Below, piece after piece: positions 1 through 5,514 of a DNA stretch of 10,441 nucleotides. This DNA comes from Pedosphaera sp. GTDB taxonomy: Bacteria > Verrucomicrobiota > Verrucomicrobiia > Limisphaerales > SIBH01. Each line of letters opens with the position of its first letter. The stretch's first letter is position 1. A model generated the notes under the pieces. It was not told where the DNA came from. It ran no database searches and saw only the letters and a list, made by a program, of their open reading frames with translations. Made by a program: the position numbers and the translations under genes. The stretch spans positions 1-10,441 of the forward strand of contig JANOQV010000313.1 in assembly GCA_031414955.1 (NCBI GenBank). Direction: 5' to 3'.

Positions 1-1185
1 CTCACCTTCACGCTCCTTGCCTCCGTTTTGCACACCGCGCTTTTCGCGGCGGAGAATATCTCACCTGCGGCCGCTGCGGTCCCTGTCGTCAGTCCAGTCA
101 AGCCAACGGGGGCAGCAGACAAGCCGGCGGCCAAGCCCAAGCCGAAGTTTCAATACAAGTCCGAGGGCATCGAGGTGCCGGCGGCGACCGCCGACGAGCC
201 GAAGGTGAAGGCGTTCGGGCCGGAGACGATTCGCGCGGCACGGAAGTATCTCGATGATGGCGCGCATACCTGGGTGCGGGAGAAGAGCTGCATCGCCTGC
301 CACAGCACGGGCACCTACATGGCGGATCGCCCGGTGTTGACCCCGCTGCTGGGCAAGCCAAGCGAGGAAGTCCTCGCTGACTTCATCGACAATATCCCGA
401 AACCAGAAGCCAAGTCCGACATCAACTCATTCACGTCCGTGTGGCGCAGTTCCGGCCTCGCCTCCTGGGACAAGCACGTCACCGGCAGGTTGAGCGAACA
501 CACCGCGCTTTCGTTGCAACGCACGATGACGCGGCTCGAGCCGGAGGGCTTTTTCAAGACGCACAAAGAGGTGGAGATTCCCTACATCACCACGCACTTC
601 CAACTGACGGTGCAGGCGGCGCGCGCCGTGGTCACCGCGCCGGGCTGGCTGGCGAATCTCCAGGACGCCGACACGCTCGAACGGGTCGCGCGGATGAAAA
701 AATTCCTCCGCGAGCACGAGCCGGTGAATGACTACGAACTCGCGCTCAAGCTCCAACTCGCCGCACTGATGCCCGAGCTGGTGCCGCCGCCGCAACGCGA
801 CGCGGCCACCGCGATGCTCTGGCGCTTGCAGCAGCCCGATGGCGGTTGGTCCACGCGGCGCATGTCGCCGGTCATGAAATGGCATGAAGCCGTGGACGCG
901 GAAACCATCGCGATGCTGGCGGCCGAGCCGGATGCCGCGAATCCCGCGAGCGATGCTTACATGACCGCCTTCGCCATCGTGTTGCTACGCGAGAGCGGCG
1001 TGCCGACGAGCGACCCGCGCATCCAAAAAGGCGTCGCGTGGCTGAAGTCGAGCCAGCGCGTGAGCGGCCGTTGGTGGATGAAATCACTCTACCGCGACAC
1101 GCATCACTACATCACCTACATCAGCACCATGCAGGCTCTGCGCGCCCTCGCGCTCTGCGGTGAGGTGCCGAAGCTCACGGACTGA
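1..1185 (+). CDS. Exported prenyltransferase/squalene-hopene cyclase-like (alpha/alpha barrel) protein with CxxCH motif; 5' end lies outside the window
   Basis: Frame open from base 1 (LTFTLLASVLHTALFA|AEN, resembling the end of a signal peptide), then a Pro/Ala/Lys linker. CIACH at 289-303. QW-like repeats LWRLQQPDGGW and WLKSSQRVSGRW. TGA at 1183-1185. No DXDD motif seen. Confidence 0.75.
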   Translation, partial: LTFTLLASVLHTALFAAENISPAAAAVPVVSPVKPTGAADKPAAKPKPKFQYKSEGIEVPAATADEPKVKAFGPETIRAARKYLDDGAHTWVREKSCIACHSTGTYMADRPVLTPLLGKPSEEVLADFIDNIPKPEAKSDINSFTSVWRSSGLASWDKHVTGRLSEHTALSLQRTMTRLEPEGFFKTHKEVEIPYITTHFQLTVQAARAVVTAPGWLANLQDADTLERVARMKKFLREHEPVNDYELALKLQLAALMPELVPPPQRDAATAMLWRLQQPDGGWSTRRMSPVMKWHEAVDAETIAMLAAEPDAANPASDAYMTAFAIVLLRESGVPTSDPRIQKGVAWLKSSQRVSGRWWMKSLYRDTHHYITYISTMQALRALALCGEVPKLTD

Positions 1186-1420
1186 CCCAACTCAAATTCC
1201 CGCCATTCGATGAGCACCCGCCGCTATTTCCGCAAGCGCCATGTTTTCAACGTCCTTTGATGGCGCTCACACCACGCTTCGCAGACTCGCGCAAAAAATG
1301 CAGCCCACTCGCACTGGCTTGCGGAAAAATCTTTTCAAATCCCCCTGACGCCTTCCGGGCGCTACGCGGATCGCTGGAGTCGCGCTTGCCGCAGGCGAGG
1401 CTTGAGCACACACTCCGGTC

Positions 1421-3574
1421 GTGTCCCGGAACCCTTGCCGTTCAGCACGCGCGCGGCGGTTAACAGCCGCGCGCGTGTTTGGGTGGCTGTTGCTTCTGGG
1501 AGCAGGCAACCGCGCCCTCGGCCAAGCTGTGCCTTCACCGCAGGATTGGCTCATCGACACCTGGCAATCCGACGACGGGTTGCCGCACAGTTCGGTGACG
1601 TCGCTCGCGCAGACGCCGGACGGTTATTTGTGGATTGGGACTTACAACGGGCTGGCGCGGTTCGATGGGGTGCGCTTCACGTTGTTCGACCCGGCCAACA
1701 CGCCGGCTCTGATCAACCCACGCGTGGCGTGGCTGGGGGTGGATACCGCTGGCGCGCTGTGGGTCTGCACGGAGGACGGCTCGCTGGCGGTGCGGCAACG
1801 GAGCGAGTTTCGTCCCGTGCGCGTCGGGGGTGGCGAGGGCATCCGGGGCAAGTCGCTGACGTCTGCGCGGAGCGGCGAGGTTCTGCTGCTCGCGTCGGAT
1901 GGGAAACTGTGGCGGCAGGTTGGTTCAAACGAGGGCACAAATCAGTTGGAGTCGCTCACCCCGCCGGGCGGCGGAATCGTGACGAGCGTTGGTCGCGACG
2001 CCGACGGGCGTGTGTGGTGTTTGTATGGGCGCGGGAAAATCGCCCGGTGGACCGCCGCAGGTTTCGAAGGGCCGCTGGCAAACTTGCAACTGAAAGGAAA
2101 GCGGGTTCACTCGCTGGAGGCGGACGTGGCCGGGCGCGTGTGGATCGGGACGGACGAAGGGTTGACGGTGTTCGAGGCCGGACGGTTGGAGGACGTGACG
2201 CCGACGAACGGCGAGCCGGCACAGGTTTTCACAGGCATGACGTTGAGCGGTGACGGCGGCGCGTGGGTCATGGCGGACGGTCGATTGCGGAAGTGCGTCG
2301 CCCGGCGTTGGGTCGCCGATGCGGGACTGTGGACGAACAAGTTCGAGCCGGTGAGCATTCCCGTGGGCGAGCATGTGGACCAGGAGGGCGGAATCTGGTT
2401 CACGCATTACGGGAGCGGCCTGTTGCACGTTGGGCTGGATGGCCGCGAGCGGTGGCTAAAGATGCAGGACGGTTTGCCGGGCGAGCGGTTGTCATGCTGG
2501 CTTCAGGACCGCGAGGGCAACGTGTGGGCGGGGCTGAACCGGGCCGGGTTGGTGCGGTTGCGCCAGCGACGGTTTCAGGTGCTTGGTGTGGCGGAAGGCT
2601 TGCGCGAACGCACGGTGATGTCGGTGTGCGAGGACCGCGACGGGGCGATTTGGGCGGGCACGTTTGGCGGCGGATTGCATCGTTGGGCCAATGGCGTGAT
2701 GGAAGCGTTCGATGTCGGCGTGCGCGACCGGAACGTCGTGGCTTCCGTGTTTCCCGATCGCACCGGGCGGGTGTGGGTGGGCACGGGCGGGGATGGTGTA
2801 TTCGTGTGGGAAGGGGGCGCGTTGAAGAGGCCGCTGCCCGAAGCCAGCGCGCCGCAAACGGGCCACGCGATTTTTGAAGACAGCCGGAGGCGCATCTGGA
2901 TTGGCAACGCCTCCGGCCTGTTTCTCTGGGCCGAGCGCAAGTGGCGGCGCTTGGGCGGCCAGGATGGGTTCAATTCGCAGAACCCACGCGCCGTCGCCGA
3001 GGAAGCGGCCGGAGCCGTGTGGATTGGAACGGGTGACGGCGGAGTCTATCGTTTCGAGGATGAGAAGTTCACGGAGTTCCGGCCGACGGACAGCCAGGCG
3101 CGGCAGCCAGTGTGGTCACTGCTGCCAGACGTGGACGGCACGCTGTGGGTGGGCACGTTTCGGGGCGGGCTATTGCGGTTCAAGGATGGCGCGTTCACCC
3201 GCTGCACCACGAAGGATGGTCTGCCGAGCGACGTGATTTGCCACATCCTGGACGGCGGGAACGGGCAACTGTGGATGAGTTCGCACGCGGGGATTGTCCG
3301 TGTGGACAAGGCGGCGTTGCACGCCTTCGCGGACGGCCAGGCCAAATCGGTGCCGTGCGTGGCCTACGGCAAACACGACGGGCTGCCCACCGTCGAGTGT
3401 TCGGGGAATTACCAGCCGGCCGGGTGGCGCGGACGTGACGGGCGGCTCTGGTTCGCCACGGTGAAGGGCGTGGTGTCGGTGCAGCCCAGCGAAGTCACCA
3501 CGACCGCGCTCGCACCCCCGGTGGTGATTGAGGAGGTGCTGGTGGATGGCAAATCCGAAATCCGAAACGCTTGA
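1421..3574 (+). CDS. Sensor histidine kinase, N-terminal part: signal peptide plus two-component regulator beta-propeller repeats; leaves frame at the heptamer repeat
   Basis: Hydrophobic N-terminus (VFGWLLLLGAG), DTWQSDDGLPHSSVTSLAQTPDGYLWIGTYNGLARFDG and many D-x-x-G-x-[LIV]-W-x-G-T blades. Ends PPVVIEEVLVDG, the segment that normally leads into the Y_Y_Y domain. GTG start is uncertain. Confidence 0.85.
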   Translation: MSRNPCRSARARRLTAARVFGWLLLLGAGNRALGQAVPSPQDWLIDTWQSDDGLPHSSVTSLAQTPDGYLWIGTYNGLARFDGVRFTLFDPANTPALINPRVAWLGVDTAGALWVCTEDGSLAVRQRSEFRPVRVGGGEGIRGKSLTSARSGEVLLLASDGKLWRQVGSNEGTNQLESLTPPGGGIVTSVGRDADGRVWCLYGRGKIARWTAAGFEGPLANLQLKGKRVHSLEADVAGRVWIGTDEGLTVFEAGRLEDVTPTNGEPAQVFTGMTLSGDGGAWVMADGRLRKCVARRWVADAGLWTNKFEPVSIPVGEHVDQEGGIWFTHYGSGLLHVGLDGRERWLKMQDGLPGERLSCWLQDREGNVWAGLNRAGLVRLRQRRFQVLGVAEGLRERTVMSVCEDRDGAIWAGTFGGGLHRWANGVMEAFDVGVRDRNVVASVFPDRTGRVWVGTGGDGVFVWEGGALKRPLPEASAPQTGHAIFEDSRRRIWIGNASGLFLWAERKWRRLGGQDGFNSQNPRAVAEEAAGAVWIGTGDGGVYRFEDEKFTEFRPTDSQARQPVWSLLPDVDGTLWVGTFRGGLLRFKDGAFTRCTTKDGLPSDVICHILDGGNGQLWMSSHAGIVRVDKAALHAFADGQAKSVPCVAYGKHDGLPTVECSGNYQPAGWRGRDGRLWFATVKGVVSVQPSEVTTTALAPPVVIEEVLVDGKSEIRNA

Positions 3575-4577
3575 AGTCGGCCCCGGCCGGCATTACGTCG
3601 AGTTCCGCTACACCGGCCTGAGTTTCAGCGCGCCGGACAAGGTGCGGTTCCGGCATCGGTTGGAGGGACTGGAACGTGACTGGGTCGAGGACGGCACGCG
3701 GCGCACGGTCAACTACAGTTACATTCCGCCGGGCAAGTATCGCTTCCAGGTTCTCGCCTGCAACAACGACGGCGTGTGGAACGAAGCGGGCGCGGCGCTG
3801 GCGCTGACCGTCGTGCCGTTCGTCTGGCAGACGTGGTGGTTCAAGGCGCTGGTGGCGATTGGGGTTTTTGGCGCGATTGGCGGGGCGATTCGATCCGTCG
3901 AACGCCGCAAGCTCCAGCGCAAGCTCGCGCACCTGGAGCAGCAGCGTGCCGTCGAGCACGAGCGCGCGCGCATCGCCCAGGACATGCACGACGACCTCGG
4001 CTCGCGGTTGACGCAAATCACCCTGATGAGTGAACTCGCTCAGGACGAACTGGAGCGCCCCGCCGAGACCGGCGAATACCTTCGCCGCATCGAATCAAGT
4101 GCCCGTTCGCTGACGCGCGCGATGGATGAAATCGTCTGGGCGGTCAACCCGCGCAACGATTCGCTGGAGGGCCTGCTGCGCTACCTGCAACGATTCGCAC
4201 AGGAGCATCTCACGCTGGCCGGCGTGCGCTGCCGCTGGGAAGTGCCGGTGCAAGTGCCCGCGTTGGCACTGCCGGCCAACGTGCGCCACAATCTCTATTT
4301 GGCGTGCAAGGAGGCGCTGCACAACGTCACCAAGCACGCCGCCGCCTCCGAGGTGCGCGTGCGCCTGGAACACGGCGAAGGGACGTTCACGCTCATCATC
4401 GAGGATAACGGCCGGGGCTTCGCCGCATCGGGCGGCGTGCCGGGCAACGGGCTGGTGAACATGCAGAAACGGCTGAGCGACCTGGGAGGCCGCTTCGAGG
4501 TCGAAAGCGGCGCCGGTTCGGGCACCCGCGTGCGTTTCGTCGTGCCGGTGCGGCCCGGTTTGGAGCGCAGGCGTTAG
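3546..4577 (+). CDS. Sensor histidine kinase, C-terminal part: Y_Y_Y domain, TM helix, HisKA_3 (NarX/DesK-type) and HATPase_c
   Basis: FRYTGLSFSAPDKVRFRHRLEGLERDW...YSYIPPGKYRFQVLACNNDGVWN (Y_Y_Y). TM after PFVWQTWWF. H-box ERARIAQDMHDDLG (His codon 3987-3989). N-box EALHNVTKHA, G-boxes IEDNGRGF and GNGLVNM. Most likely the continuation of 1421-3574. Confidence 0.9.
   Translation: MANPKSETLEVGPGRHYVEFRYTGLSFSAPDKVRFRHRLEGLERDWVEDGTRRTVNYSYIPPGKYRFQVLACNNDGVWNEAGAALALTVVPFVWQTWWFKALVAIGVFGAIGGAIRSVERRKLQRKLAHLEQQRAVEHERARIAQDMHDDLGSRLTQITLMSELAQDELERPAETGEYLRRIESSARSLTRAMDEIVWAVNPRNDSLEGLLRYLQRFAQEHLTLAGVRCRWEVPVQVPALALPANVRHNLYLACKEALHNVTKHAAASEVRVRLEHGEGTFTLIIEDNGRGFAASGGVPGNGLVNMQKRLSDLGGRFEVESGAGSGTRVRFVVPVRPGLERRR
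3551..3567 (+). repeat. Tandem heptamer (AAATCCG)2 + AAA at the kinase frameshift junction
   Basis: AAATCCG 3551-3557, AAATCCG 3558-3564, AAA 3565-3567. Reads KSEIRN in the upstream frame and NPKSE in the downstream frame. Confidence 0.9.
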
Positions 4578-4582
4578 CATGA

Positions 4583-4611
4583 GCCGGCTGTACCCCGTTC
4601 TGTTGACTACC
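4583..4611 (+). promoter_or_regulatory. Conserved intergenic motif, copy 1 (candidate response-regulator operator)
   Basis: GCCGGCTGTACCCCGTTCTGTTGACTACC, 25/29 identical to 5349-5377, directly upstream of the regulator gene. Confidence 0.6.
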
Positions 4612-4627
4612 ACCTTGGCCCAAGGTG
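4611..4627. repeat. Perfect inverted repeat CACCTTGG-C-CCAAGGTG
   Basis: 8-bp arms with a 1-nt centre, between motif copy 1 and the regulator start codon. Confidence 0.7.
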
Positions 4628-4649
4628 AGCGACCATTGAGACCAAACAG

Positions 4650-5321
4650 ATGACCATGCCCATTTCCGTAGCCATCGTGGACGACAACGACGCCGTGCGC
4701 GAAAGCTTGGTGCGTGTGCTCAAGCGGGCTGACGGCTTCACCTGCGCGGGTGCTTACAGCACCGCTGGCGCTGCGCTCGAGGGCGTCTCCCACGAACGCC
4801 CCGAAGTGGTCCTGATGGACATCAACATGCCCGGCATGGACGGCATCGAGTGCGTTCGGCGGCTGAAGGCGTTCCTGCCCGCCACGCATGTCATCATGCT
4901 CACCATGTACGAAGACACGGAGAACATTTTCAACGCTCTGGCAGCGGGGGCGAGCGGCTACTTGCTCAAGAACACGCCCAAAGCCCAACTGTTGGAGGGC
5001 ATTCGCGAGGTGCAGAGCGGCGGTTCGCCCATGTCGAGTCACATCGCGCGCGTCGTCGTGCAGTCGTTCCAGAAGGCCGGGCCGTCGGCGGCGGCCACGG
5101 AAAACCTCTCCCCGCGCGAACAGCAGGTGCTCGAACATCTGGCCAAGGGCTTTCTCTACAAGGAAATCGCCGAGGCGCTGGACATCAGCTTCGGCAGCGT
5201 CCACACCTACATCCGGCGCATCTACGAAAAGCTGCATGTGCGTTCGCGCTCCGAGGCGCTGGCGAAGTTCTATCAGCAGCCCGGCCGCGACGCCCGCCCG
5301 TTGTCCGGATCCTCTGCTTGA
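4650..5321 (+). CDS. NarL/FixJ-family response regulator (REC + LuxR HTH)
   Basis: VAIVDDN acidic pocket, VVLMDINMP phospho-Asp, IMLT, GASGYLLK, and LSPREQQVLEHLAKGFLYKEIAEALDISFGSVHTYIRRIYEKLHVRSRSEA LuxR HTH. Alternative ATG at 4656. Confidence 0.95.
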   Translation: MTMPISVAIVDDNDAVRESLVRVLKRADGFTCAGAYSTAGAALEGVSHERPEVVLMDINMPGMDGIECVRRLKAFLPATHVIMLTMYEDTENIFNALAAGASGYLLKNTPKAQLLEGIREVQSGGSPMSSHIARVVVQSFQKAGPSAAATENLSPREQQVLEHLAKGFLYKEIAEALDISFGSVHTYIRRIYEKLHVRSRSEALAKFYQQPGRDARPLSGSSA

Positions 5322-5348
5322 AGTGGGCGCCAATCGCAGGACGGAACC

Positions 5349-5377
5349 GCCGCCTGTACCCCGTTTGGTGGACTACC
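5349..5377 (+). promoter_or_regulatory. Conserved intergenic motif, copy 2 (candidate response-regulator operator)
   Basis: GCCGCCTGTACCCCGTTTGGTGGACTACC, 25/29 identical to 4583-4611, upstream of the LamG/Ig gene. Confidence 0.6.
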
Positions 5378-5514
5378 GCGCGCCTCCGTTTTTTGCCAGC
5401 ATGAGGCCACTTAACCCTATGTCCACCCAGACTCAGGCAAGACGTTGTGGCGCGCACCAATCAGGCTGATGCGCACCCCGACTCGTCGGCTTGAGCACTT
5501 CTCTCAATACACTC

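Noticed and set aside
1..1185. Gene symbol shc
   Set aside because: Too short, lacks DXDD and appears to be exported.
1186..1420. ncRNA or sigma70 promoter in the more AT-rich intergenic region
   Set aside because: No recognisable RNA family and no well-spaced -35/-10 pair.
1402..2253. 283-aa alternative-frame ORF and other Arg-rich overlapping ORFs
   Set aside because: Typical off-frame products of GC-rich genes.
4095..5333. 412-aa antisense ORF
   Set aside because: Overlaps the clear kinase and regulator genes and has no domain signature.
4583..5377. Direct repeats as a CRISPR array or transposon ends
   Set aside because: Only two copies, 766 bp apart with a gene between them, and no cas, transposase or integrase gene.
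5341..5394. Intrinsic terminator after the regulator (T6 tract near 5389-5394)
   Set aside because: No convincing compact stem immediately upstream of the T run.
5491..5514. TTG start at 5491 for gene 4
   Set aside because: ATG 5515 gives a canonical signal peptide (MKTK plus hydrophobic core plus ARA).
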